A stretch of DNA of 53,158 nt, taken from positions 1-53,158 of the IMG/VR virus record IMGVR_UViG_3300008952_000067, one strand, 5' to 3'. Within the stretch, counting starts at the first letter, position 1. Each line of letters opens with the position of its first letter. The notes beneath the pieces were generated by a model, which did not search any database, was not told the origin of the DNA, and worked only from the letters and a program-made list of their open reading frames with translations. Below, piece after piece: positions 37,401-46,900 of the stretch. A program made the position numbers and the translations under genes. This DNA comes from a virus. Lineage: Duplodnaviria; Caudoviricetes.

Positions 37401-39638
37401 AGTCCACTCGATAGCGCCCTCTTGATCCGACGTGACATTTCCACCTATCTCAGAATCCGTATATCCGGTATAATTTTTAGAATCATCCCCTGTGTTGCTG
37501 GCAATCACTGTGGTATCTAGATCATCATCACTCCACCGCAGGCCGCCATCATCGACCTGTTCTGGATACCCTATATCTTCTGCGGTCGTTTCATCTTCCA
37601 GAAGTGTGCCGCCAACAGGCATCCATATCAAATACCCATCAGAAGTCTTCTGATAGTTGTTTATGTCATCAACCTCATCCTTAACTATAGCTTCCTGCCA
37701 GGTGTACTCGTTTAGCCCGTTGTCATCTGTCCATAGTGGTAACTCGGCTTCGTTGATTTTCTGCTGGCCGTTTTCATCATATACCTCTAGTTTCTCTGCC
37801 CAGGCAGTCCAATTTTCATGACCGTTGATAACATTTGCAAGGTTTTCAGCAGTTACGTAGTTATCAAAATCCCCAAGCTCATTTTTGCCGACGGACCACT
37901 GCCTGTAATCCTGAATGTTTTTTGGGCCCACTAGAGGGAACTCGTCGTCTGCGGCGACTCCATTATTTAGTACTATCTTAACATCCTTAGCAATAAACTC
38001 GCCAGTGCGGAAGTCGTAATCCGGAGATTCATCACCTTTATCGGTAATAAGATTTGCAGTTTTGCCTATATACCCACGTGATGTTGCCCATGCAAACTCA
38101 GGCCAAGAACCATAAGTCGCTGGATCATCTGGAAGACCGTCACCATTAGGATCTGCAACCTCAGCAGAGACATCAACTGTATCATCAGCCAATAAATAAA
38201 ACCCCGTATATCCTAATACGGAAGGTACTTTCCAGTTATCAGGGTCAGACGGAATAGAGTACATTCTATCTGTAAGGACTGGAAGCTCAGTGCCACCTCG
38301 GCCACCTTGATAGAAGTCTATAAAAAGCTTTTCCCAATCGACTATGGCGAATGAACCGGTTGCGTATGAGTCTACATCATCAATTGTATACCTGGGGTTG
38401 ATATAGAACTCGAATGTAAATGAGCCAGACGGAATATACGGAATTACACTTGGGCTAACTGTCTCATCTGTAAATGAAGGGTACAATAATGCAGAATCTT
38501 CTGGAACTAATGAAGACGTAAAGAAGTTCAATGTATTATAGTTCGAAAATGCCCAATGCAAGGATGGATGCTTTGTCCTGTAGTATGGAAAGAGAACATC
38601 CTTTATAACGTTCTTACGTAAGCTATCGCTTGTCAGCTTAAATGAAGGTTCAAACCTAGTAACCTTGACAGTCGTTTGTTTTCGAGATGAAACCTCAGAA
38701 TCATTAACGAAGCTAAGGTACTTATCCATCATAGCGTTAATAGACGTAGCAGCACCTGATGTTACTACTTCAAGATCCATAATGTCATATGGAAATGTTG
38801 GTAATATTTGATCACCTACACCGTCACCATCGAGATCATCATCTAGAATTGGATCACCGGTAATAGGGTGTGTGATGACCCCCGTTACGGGTTCTATGCA
38901 TGCGCCGTATTGTGTATTTTCTATGTCGATAGTTGCAGATGTATTACCAGAACTAAATGTAGCCTCAAAAGCCGAGACGCTAGAAATCGCAGCAACGGTA
39001 GCACTAGCTACTGCCTCTAAAGCTCCAGAAACGTCATAATTCGCCGGCGGTAAGCTTGAATCTCCAACAGCAGAGAGATGTTGCAGGTCTATCATATGAA
39101 GAGTGCCGGTGGGCGGTGGCGGTGGCGCCGGATAATCGCGTGATGAGGGCTCCATTAAATGACCGGACTGGGTCGAATTAGAAAAATAAAACCTGCGGAT
39201 TGCGCCCCAGGGCTCAGCTAAGTCGAAATATGCAAACTGAGCGTAGTTATGATGAGAATGACCTATAAGATCTCTATAGTCAAAGGCCCCAGACGTGCCG
39301 TAGCCAGCACCAATCTTAGCTATTGGAGACTCAGTCTTAAATGTCACCCGGGTTACTTGTTTAATCTGTACCGGTTCTGTTATCGATGCAGTAAAGATTA
39401 AATCTTGGCGATACCCTTCGACTGTATCATCACCATATGAGTCATCTACATTATCATCAAAGGCCTGAAGCTTCTGGGCTTCTTTTTCGAACTTGGAGCG
39501 CTCTGCAAATACGTATACAGAGCCTTCTTCCCCCGTGGGACGGATGCTCTCATTAGACGCGGAAGTATACGTCCTTCTCGGATGTGTTTCTAGAGTAAGG
39601 TGCTCAAAATAATCTTTTGTTAGTCCGAATATCGCCAT
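34434..39638 (-). CDS. Large acidic virion/baseplate protein with split LamG (concanavalin A-like) domain (1734 aa)
   Basis: SFTFEFYINP, WHHIAIRW, ILIDGVID, LFVGN, EIHEVKIWDEYR; C-term YIT.LN.HDEN.N.IAR.NLAQP..K...V.VDF related to 39749..41350. Confidence 0.7.
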   Translation of the reverse strand: MAIFGLTKDYFEHLTLETHPRRTYTSASNESIRPTGEEGSVYVFAERSKFEKEAQKLQAFDDNVDDSYGDDTVEGYRQDLIFTASITEPVQIKQVTRVTFKTESPIAKIGAGYGTSGAFDYRDLIGHSHHNYAQFAYFDLAEPWGAIRRFYFSNSTQSGHLMEPSSRDYPAPPPPPTGTLHMIDLQHLSAVGDSSLPPANYDVSGALEAVASATVAAISSVSAFEATFSSGNTSATIDIENTQYGACIEPVTGVITHPITGDPILDDDLDGDGVGDQILPTFPYDIMDLEVVTSGAATSINAMMDKYLSFVNDSEVSSRKQTTVKVTRFEPSFKLTSDSLRKNVIKDVLFPYYRTKHPSLHWAFSNYNTLNFFTSSLVPEDSALLYPSFTDETVSPSVIPYIPSGSFTFEFYINPRYTIDDVDSYATGSFAIVDWEKLFIDFYQGGRGGTELPVLTDRMYSIPSDPDNWKVPSVLGYTGFYLLADDTVDVSAEVADPNGDGLPDDPATYGSWPEFAWATSRGYIGKTANLITDKGDESPDYDFRTGEFIAKDVKIVLNNGVAADDEFPLVGPKNIQDYRQWSVGKNELGDFDNYVTAENLANVINGHENWTAWAEKLEVYDENGQQKINEAELPLWTDDNGLNEYTWQEAIVKDEVDDINNYQKTSDGYLIWMPVGGTLLEDETTAEDIGYPEQVDDGGLRWSDDDLDTTVIASNTGDDSKNYTGYTDSEIGGNVTSDQEGAIEWTEAAWAEAHGYSAVYADGSAVDPPGNYTLTPVETDYMTAQGYVPVYHTYAVVPAVPTDDELIAWALGQSYEPVLTYECTEVNGIVHFQTKIPGWDGNGGAYSIVTTRQTQFTWWAWEDDGAGNWSWVEHIENTAGVDEDAREAFADKQGDAYEWNDAAGVYTIGSDIDLDDPADGIDITGFHLEGGRDHVVVDRTQSHPFKAGTILHMSSSYAISLVTGSHIDKEGHPDTYRIMVQLSSSADIPPSNIPYLENGQYGTYKYYDYDTTKWELSDTDPEGPVEPDGVRDASDDQVEGSNLIFLSSDNSLTKNHWHHIAIRWGTHLVDDGKAQILIDGVIDSELDIPSGSCIPTEFGDDTPRVTDDPANMIIEADPSVLFVGNYFEGFNGSVYEQTSQWLDADGNPTFEHEAVSYKSAWYVQETDDNDLPMWVNQNGVIAKWNGDWVTDRLISGVTEYVTLANIPYADPAAAKAAYDAAYIADTVSELDYTPVLSSTLAFNLADLQTEFGGDLVYNEVVSIDSDATQYAAAFFSYEANEMHGVPWSRIDDVDSESGWTADDPDPLEPNTYFLRHPLNAEIHEVKIWDEYRTLPQLWSSMATGSAEVEDNLLFYLPPYFVRESPEREVLITPFQTMATTTDDPFNVAMSFGVGGHLLNLENFCREFVSGSYPLLLNLTGSSIDITAQEPREANEYLFATASIRKRNLTILPCDNGKFKPDFTFLSTGSFEVKPPEGHASCKFVNDFGTIDYSLVTLNNLVPTSSLYPGLIAVDSDGGEDTSETSLLAEVAGAAPENPGVAPGSVLTIFQRTRDNSSNQVVFFDASNLFYGKKIQQRTYELIDHDVTGSGGKVKISLSDNGHGTLYRSDAETPHPEWASVGNVIYEEGVAVVHNPCIPLFGKEQFQVNMAGHQNLHIMEIFVPCEGGQVNSSSNPRFEPLSASLAASDEDADIVYITGLNFHDENLNIIARTNLAQPVVKRDKDEMVFRVKVDF

Positions 39639-39748
39639 TTGTCCACGCCTGAGATATTATCCTCATTCAACCCATGATAGTTAATATTAACTATTTGGTT
39701 GTTGTCTTTTGAAGATATTAGTAATTGAGCCAACATCGACGGCCCACC

Positions 39749-41350
39749 TTAGAAGTCTAATCTAACGCGAATCGTTATGTCCTTCTCATCATTCTTCTCA
39801 ATTGGCCTGGAGAGTTTGGCTACGGCTAAAAGATTATCATTGGCATCATACATCCCGACCGTGGTCGCGAACGTGAATGATCTCTGGGTATCTTCTTGGC
39901 CTTCATCAATTACTCTTACCCTATTCTCTTCATCAATATATGTCGGATTTGATGAGTAATTAAACTCATCGGCAGTTGTTCTACAGAAAATAAGTGTCGA
40001 ATTAATCGTTGTAACATTCTGAAACGTTATTGCAGTTAAAGAACCTGACTGGAATCGACATGTTGAAAAATGATCAACAATATTATCAATTGACCCTGAC
40101 ACTAGAAAGTCTGGAACAAACCTTGCGTACGGATTACCGGCACCATAATTGTCACCGGTACCATCCATATACCCTGGGTTGGCATCATCATCATCATTCG
40201 AGTCTAGAGCAGCGTTTGAGTACTCAGAAAGTGTTCCGGTAACCGGATGCCCTTGCCAGCCATATCCTATTCCTACCTGCCCGTTTGATACTGATACGAC
40301 ATATGCCTTGTCAGAAGATCCGGCGGGCATTGCGCTAAGCGACTGTACAATATCATCAGAATCGATGTCATTTCCATCGGGCTCTGGATTGCCTTCTTCA
40401 TTATTTGCATAGCTAATCCACGCGCAGCTCGATGTGACCTGTGTTACCGTCTCAGCATTCATTCCATCAATTATGCCCATTACAGCTTGATCAGGATCAA
40501 TAATTCTATCAATATTAAATACTGCTACACCGGCATCATAAAACAACAATCCTACCTTTGTTGACGTGTCAGCAGAATCAACGATGTCCGCAACCTCACC
40601 ACCGAATGTTGTTCTCTTACTAGTGGCAGCACCAATATCTGTAAAGATTGCCACGCTGCCTGTGGACGAAACGTTTAAGTTCGGTGTAATACCATCCGCC
40701 CAATAAGGTGGGGGGTCTACAATATGATTACCATCGGCATCAAGCTCAAGTTCTGGATTTCCAATGGCAATAAGCTCGCGTTCCGTAAGATCCGCCTCAC
40801 GTCGGCATCGATAACTATTACCGGCCAGCGAAGCAGACTGATAAAACCTCATTGCGAAAGTTTCTCTTTTGATCTTGTCTCTTGCAAATAGTCTCTTAAA
40901 GCATACGAAGAATGCATTATCAATTCTGTCACTTTCTTCATCAGACCCAAAGGGAGTCGTAAAGTAAGCATCTGCATCACCTAATAGGGTAGCAGCAAAT
41001 TGCTTGTAGACATCAACCTTTTCTCTCATCATTAAAGATTCAGACGGAAAAAGAAGCTTCCCAGAAGCATCCTCTGAAACTAGTGAATCTTGAACTGTCG
41101 AGCCACTAAAGTAGAGGCCGACAGTCATATCCATAACCGCATTAGCACTTTGTAGTGTATGATCCTGATCGTATATCGTCTGGAACAGGGAAGATGTAAC
41201 ACCTTGGCCGATTCCGCCTGTAACGAAGACCTGGAACTGGCGTCTGGTATCAGAGCCTGAAATGTCCTCTTGTATAATATCGACTAGCTGATTCAGCGCT
41301 GAGCGGCTGGTTTTGATATCAGCGGCCGAAATTTCTTTAAACGTTGCCAT
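39749..41350 (-). CDS. Baseplate/virion structural protein (533 aa)
   Basis: FCR..ADEFNYSSNPTY, TTVGMYDANDNLLAVAKLSRPIEKN...RVRLDF, a C-terminal pattern recalled from large myophage baseplate regions. Confidence 0.65.
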   Translation of the reverse strand: MATFKEISAADIKTSRSALNQLVDIIQEDISGSDTRRQFQVFVTGGIGQGVTSSLFQTIYDQDHTLQSANAVMDMTVGLYFSGSTVQDSLVSEDASGKLLFPSESLMMREKVDVYKQFAATLLGDADAYFTTPFGSDEESDRIDNAFFVCFKRLFARDKIKRETFAMRFYQSASLAGNSYRCRREADLTERELIAIGNPELELDADGNHIVDPPPYWADGITPNLNVSSTGSVAIFTDIGAATSKRTTFGGEVADIVDSADTSTKVGLLFYDAGVAVFNIDRIIDPDQAVMGIIDGMNAETVTQVTSSCAWISYANNEEGNPEPDGNDIDSDDIVQSLSAMPAGSSDKAYVVSVSNGQVGIGYGWQGHPVTGTLSEYSNAALDSNDDDDANPGYMDGTGDNYGAGNPYARFVPDFLVSGSIDNIVDHFSTCRFQSGSLTAITFQNVTTINSTLIFCRTTADEFNYSSNPTYIDEENRVRVIDEGQEDTQRSFTFATTVGMYDANDNLLAVAKLSRPIEKNDEKDITIRVRLDF

Positions 41351-41367
41351 AGGTAACTATCCTCTTT

Positions 41368-42081
41368 CTAATCCTTGCTGACTTGTACTTCGAACTCTTT
41401 AACGGCGCCAGACTGTACGCCACCGATGCTAATCACAGATGAAATTACACTCTTATCGCTAGCATTTCCGTAAATTAAGAATTGAGCGTCTGTTAAAGAT
41501 TTCGTTTCCACTTCAAATGTTAATCTTGAACCGCCAGTAGAGGTTGTTGTTGGATCACGGGTAACAATATATGTTGCAATGTTATCTGCATCAACATTGT
41601 CTGGTGTAAGACCCTTTAATTGCAAAAATCTGCTTGGTACCTTTACCAAAAACACCTGATCTCTTAACTCAACGTCAATACTGCTTTCGTTCTGAATCTC
41701 TTGCGTTATCGTTAACGTCCTACTAGAGCCGGCACCGGAGCGACTCATTGATAATGTTGTTCCAGATGAATCAATACCCTCGCCTGTCAAAATTAAATTA
41801 GGCAATCTAATTAAATTGGGATTCGAAACACTAATCATCTTGTATTTCAACGCCAGATTGCCGCTAGTTTGGGCTTCAAAAACAGGGGTATTTTTTTCAA
41901 TTTTTTCTTTCCCGACTGTCCTCCCAAACTTCTCAATTATTGTATAATCAACCTCATCATCACCCAGGGCAAATTTTACGATAGAAAATGAACCATCATT
42001 CCTTGCTAGGAATGCACGGCCGGTGTCTGTCAAAACTGCGTCTACAATGATGTTATTAGTTGAATGATCTAGAAAACCCAT
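41368..42081 (-). CDS. Baseplate-region structural protein (237 aa)
   Basis: MGFLD...IIVDAVLT..GR..LA.....F.I.KFALGDDEVDY N-terminus. Confidence 0.65.
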   Translation of the reverse strand: MGFLDHSTNNIIVDAVLTDTGRAFLARNDGSFSIVKFALGDDEVDYTIIEKFGRTVGKEKIEKNTPVFEAQTSGNLALKYKMISVSNPNLIRLPNLILTGEGIDSSGTTLSMSRSGAGSSRTLTITQEIQNESSIDVELRDQVFLVKVPSRFLQLKGLTPDNVDADNIATYIVTRDPTTTSTGGSRLTFEVETKSLTDAQFLIYGNASDKSVISSVISIGGVQSGAVKEFEVQVSKD

Positions 42082-42108
42082 CTATATGCTCCTCAGATAA
42101 ATATATCG

Positions 42109-43989
42109 TTACTTCCAAGACCGTAAATCTTCTATTTCGATATCAACTACTTGACTCTGTTGTCTATCGCAATTTATGATCTGTAACTTGTATGATCCTT
42201 TTGTTTCTTTAGTTGCTAATAATTCGAGATCCTCTCCATCATCATTAACAATAGATAAGTATTCCGGATCGAAGAATACCTGCAATGAATGATGCCTACT
42301 ATCTTTAATACAATCCGATGTTAGGTTTACGTCTTGCATTCCTGGAATCAATCCTTCCACTAAGTAAAAATTAGGATATGGCTTGGGCGCGCCGGATGGA
42401 GATATTAATTGTTTCCTTAGCCGGTTTTTAATCTTGTCGTACCAGACTACATATTGTGCTGAGTAATTTGATGAAAAATCATGTGCATCAATACTACACA
42501 AACTATAAATGGCGGCTGTATCTCGCGTAAACTCATAATCATGATATGTCGTTAATGGCGAACTCATTTCTTTAACTCGAGACTTTCGTGGGTACTCGCT
42601 ACGTGGGTCGGGTATCACGCTATCATCAAAGTCATATTCTACTTGAAGCTCAAATGGAGCCTCTATACCCGGGCGGCGGAATACCTGGAACCTCTTTATG
42701 TCCCTCTGGCTAACTACGGGGAAACTCCACATTACGACTAAACATTCATCCTCATAGTCCCAAACGAAGTTTATATCACCAGGAGGTGGGGGGGCTCTAA
42801 ACTCTTTACATGTAACAATCGTTTCCGGAGAGGGCCTGGAACACAATAAACCTGATACTGCATATACCTGTGACGTTTCTTCATCAACTGCGGTGAACTG
42901 TACTAGTGCGATGGAGCGGACAGAGTATGCATATTTGCCCCCGTACTTTATCTTTGAGTCTACGCCACTACCGGTTGTAGCACCGGCAATTACAATGGAG
43001 GGCTTTTTATACCTCCACCCCCAAGAGCTATATTCGAACTTATCGATTAGATATCCAATAATTTTTGCTGCTGTTCCGATTTTATTGGGATCTACCCGTT
43101 TTACGCTGATCGGAATGATGTTTGGTAAATACTCATAATCCCCAATCACACCTGGGCGATTGTGCTTCCGTTCCTCTTCCTGTAGCTGGTTTGCTTCTTC
43201 AAGCTGCAATGAAAACTCATCGCCGAATGGGCCCATAGGATCAGCTACTGAGCGTGCTAAAATTGTATGAATAAACTTGTTGTTGACCTGCGCGTAGGTT
43301 CCATGCTTGGTGAAACGATGAAACATAGGTGGCTTGCGGCGTCTTATGTTATATGAAAACTTTCGAGCTTTTCCCTTATAAGTCCAGGAAAATGTCCTTT
43401 TCTGTAGGTACGTGGAATTTTGATACATTTCCCCAAACGCATGCATAAGCCACCTAGACGTAATGTGTTTCGAGGTAATTTCATTTAATAATTTGGCTTG
43501 TTCTGATCTGGTCTGCATCCTTTTAAGTAGCTTCCAATTATCTTTTGGATCAGGCCATTTTGCCCGGCCACGAGTCGTAAGCGTGTGGTGGACTAATTTT
43601 CTGGCCTTTGTATCTAAGCTACTATCTTGTAGCTTTAACGCAGTATAGCCCTTTTGTGCCACGTCAGATTCATTCTGAATCTTCGTAAGGTTTCGGCGAA
43701 TTAAGTTTTCAACATCTTGTGGGCGAGATATTCTGGCTACAAACTCATTATCAACAGCAGCATTTGTCCTAGTATCTACAGGTGAAAATGAAAAATCAAT
43801 CCATCGAGGGATTCTCTTGGCTAACTCTTTTTCTTCCTCATCATCAGAAGCTCCTTGAAGACGCCGATCTCCTCTATCATTAACCTTTTCGTCAGGGACA
43901 AAGAAGTTATATCTAAATGATGCATGAAAATCAAGAACTTCCGGAACATCTAGTACTGTTATAACTTTCGAGGGAAACGTAATCGCCAT
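42109..43989 (-). CDS. Putative virion protein with Fn3/Ig-like beta domains (626 aa)
   Basis: D..IKYG.KY.Y.VR, PPPP.D..F.W, FQVFRR, Y...SIDAH..SSNYS patterns; TAATG coupling. Confidence 0.55.
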   Translation of the reverse strand: MAITFPSKVITVLDVPEVLDFHASFRYNFFVPDEKVNDRGDRRLQGASDDEEEKELAKRIPRWIDFSFSPVDTRTNAAVDNEFVARISRPQDVENLIRRNLTKIQNESDVAQKGYTALKLQDSSLDTKARKLVHHTLTTRGRAKWPDPKDNWKLLKRMQTRSEQAKLLNEITSKHITSRWLMHAFGEMYQNSTYLQKRTFSWTYKGKARKFSYNIRRRKPPMFHRFTKHGTYAQVNNKFIHTILARSVADPMGPFGDEFSLQLEEANQLQEEERKHNRPGVIGDYEYLPNIIPISVKRVDPNKIGTAAKIIGYLIDKFEYSSWGWRYKKPSIVIAGATTGSGVDSKIKYGGKYAYSVRSIALVQFTAVDEETSQVYAVSGLLCSRPSPETIVTCKEFRAPPPPGDINFVWDYEDECLVVMWSFPVVSQRDIKRFQVFRRPGIEAPFELQVEYDFDDSVIPDPRSEYPRKSRVKEMSSPLTTYHDYEFTRDTAAIYSLCSIDAHDFSSNYSAQYVVWYDKIKNRLRKQLISPSGAPKPYPNFYLVEGLIPGMQDVNLTSDCIKDSRHHSLQVFFDPEYLSIVNDDGEDLELLATKETKGSYKLQIINCDRQQSQVVDIEIEDLRSWK

Positions 43990-46900
43990 TATTTTTTCTC
44001 CTCATGTGTGATTGTTGATATAGTAACATAAAAATCGTTAAATGAACTATAATTTTCACTACGATGACGGGGTTTTAGCTTTCTAGTCTTTTGACCATCC
44101 TTAAGTGTAACTTCTTCTGTCATTTTTAGAAACTCATCTTTTTCAAATGTTTCTTTTCCATCTAGGATCTCAAGAGTAGCGTCCATATCAATCTCAAAAT
44201 CATCTGGATCAACCGGTAACATCATAACTCGATCAAATTGGCGTGCTGCAATAATTTGATTCGTCATGACAATCGGACTAAATATTCTACCAGCTGTTAT
44301 CATTCGAAAGCTTTGTAATTGTTCCCTAGTACATCTGGGTGCGCTTCGAAAGAACCTTCTTACAAATTGATTCCTGGCATCACTCTCATGCTTACGATGA
44401 GCTCTATTGTGTGTTAGGCGCGCCTGGTTAACCTCATCGCCCCAGTCAATATACTCTTTTTGTGATGTAGTTGTTAAGTTAAACCAAGAATAAGGTCGGG
44501 TGATGGTCTTATAAGACGTCGTCGTCTGTGTTACGTTTTTAGACCCCTTACCTCTATTCTTGTTTTTCTTTTTCTTCTTTTTCTTTCCCCATGTGGTAGG
44601 ATTCCACCATGCAGGAATTCGATGCATATCCCTTACCAGCACTCTGACACTGGAAGCACCCGTCCATTCTAGTTGCGGGTTGGCACCACGTCGGCCAAAG
44701 TTACCAGAGCCTGCGTGATATATTTGTGTCCTGGTGCCGACAGTTGATATATTTCCTGATTGATATTTACCGTTTTTATATGTGTTCGTTGTCTTATACG
44801 TTTCTGAATGCATGCCTGACTGATACGAATAATTTGTAATTCCTAAAGAGCGTGCACGAGATGTAGTATCGAATGTATCAACGTACGTTTTTCTTGTACG
44901 AGATCTTTTCTTAGTACCAGCCCCACCTCGAATCCAGCCAGTGCTAGTCGTAGTAGTTGTATCAGTCGTCTCAATTGTCTTACGGTATGGTTGCTCCGGA
45001 CCGACAATTCTTTCGGTAGCATCTCTTGCAAAACTAGCAATCGATTCATATGAGGGTCTCGTAAATATCTCAGAATCCTGATAATTTCCAACTCGTAAGC
45101 GAGTACCGGATGTATGATCCCATTCAATATTTGTCTCAATAAGGATATTCATCGCCGGTACGGTACCGGTATTAAGCCAGTAAAATGTATTATCATTTAG
45201 CTGGGCCATTTGTAGCATCGTGGCAGCGTCCCTATCAACAAATAAATCACCCCAACCATCATTTACTAAAAATGTATTTTCATCCATGTGCAAGCCAGAA
45301 AGCAGTCTGTAATACAGGTGGAGAAGCCTATTCGATACATGATTTTGTATCATGCTTATTCTTTGATCTGCTGAAAGAAAGTTATATTCAGTCGAGTTAT
45401 ATATGTCCATGGCAGACATATTTCTAAGGCCACCTAACGTAGCGTTTGTGAACTCCACCGTTTTTGCTAGCGCATCAAAATTGCTCTTTGTCTTTACATT
45501 CTTAAACGCTTCTGACAGTAAGAACATTGATCGATCAAACACGAACTTCTTAGGCTTGAAAACGACGTCCTCCCATTCAAGATCTCTCTTATGGACATGA
45601 ATCTCAAAAACATCTTTCATAACTGGTAGCTCAGAATTAATTCTGGCCCCCATAATATAAGGTGGATTTTGGAGTATCTCTAATGTCTCAGCTGGGATCC
45701 CAACGGTCAGTACTCGAATATTGTCGCCGGTCATTCCTTTCATGGCAGGATGATTTAAGAATGCCTTAATAGCATTAAGCTCTTCAATCTCGATAATCAT
45801 ATCAGCCGGTAACCAGGTTTCATCATCCTTTCGCCGGCCAAACTTCTCTGCGGCAACCATATTCAACGCTAAACTATGTTCCGTTAGTGTACGTAGAATA
45901 TCCCTTCCGAATTTACTTGAAGCTTTAAATGCTAAATATCTTCGGATTTGTTCATGTTGGTGCTTGCTAAGGTTGGACTCTTGGAATTTTGCCATACCGT
46001 CAGGTGATATATCAATATCCTGCGTCTTAAAATAACGGTTAATAGAATTACTTTGGTGAACCAGTGATTCCCCTATGCCATCAAGAATACTAAGCATATG
46101 ATAGATAATCTCTCCTTCTTTATCATACGCATTTAGAAATCCGTAAATATCGGCGAAAACTGCATCATCATAGTCATCATTTGTAACAGACTGTAGTGCC
46201 GCTGAGGTTGATAACTTACCTTCGGCCATATCTTTAATCATCGCACTTGTACGGACATCGACATCTTCAGATAGTCTTTCTTCGGCTTGGGCAGTACGTG
46301 ACGCCTCGCTTCTATTTCTAGAGATCTTTAAGACATCTGTGATAGCTTCATGGACCTTATCATTTTTCTGTGCATTATACTTCACATAGAGATCTCTGTT
46401 CTTTCTCGCAAACTCAGCATTAACATACCGAGAATACAACAAGGTAAAGACCTCAAAGACAACTGCAATTAAAGTGTTCTCATCCCAGCCATTATACTTG
46501 GTTAACTTCCCATCAGACATAAATGAAGCAGAATCATCACGGCGATCAGCAAGATCATCAGCCTTATCCTGAATTTCTCTAGCAATATCAATAATCATTG
46601 CAACCGGTAAGTGATGGGCATGCCTGGACAATGAATGTCGTAATGCCGCTACCACACCACCCTTGCGGACATTTAGGATGGATCGATCACCAATCTGTCT
46701 TGGTACCTCAGCCTGTGTGTCCATTAATTTTCTAGCCTTGACAGCTATTCGAATTGCACTATCTTGCCATCTACTAGCTAACGAAAATAACTTTTTCCTA
46801 GTCGGCTTTGTTACATTTGCTTTAACCATTAACGAATTAAATGCTGACATATTACGAGTCTGGCTTAAAAGAGTTGCCGCGGCTCCTGATGAAACTCCAA

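Noticed and set aside
44555-44590. Poly-Lys tract as a eukaryotic nuclear localisation signal
   Set aside because: Context is a bacteriophage with SD-led genes; the resemblance is compositional only
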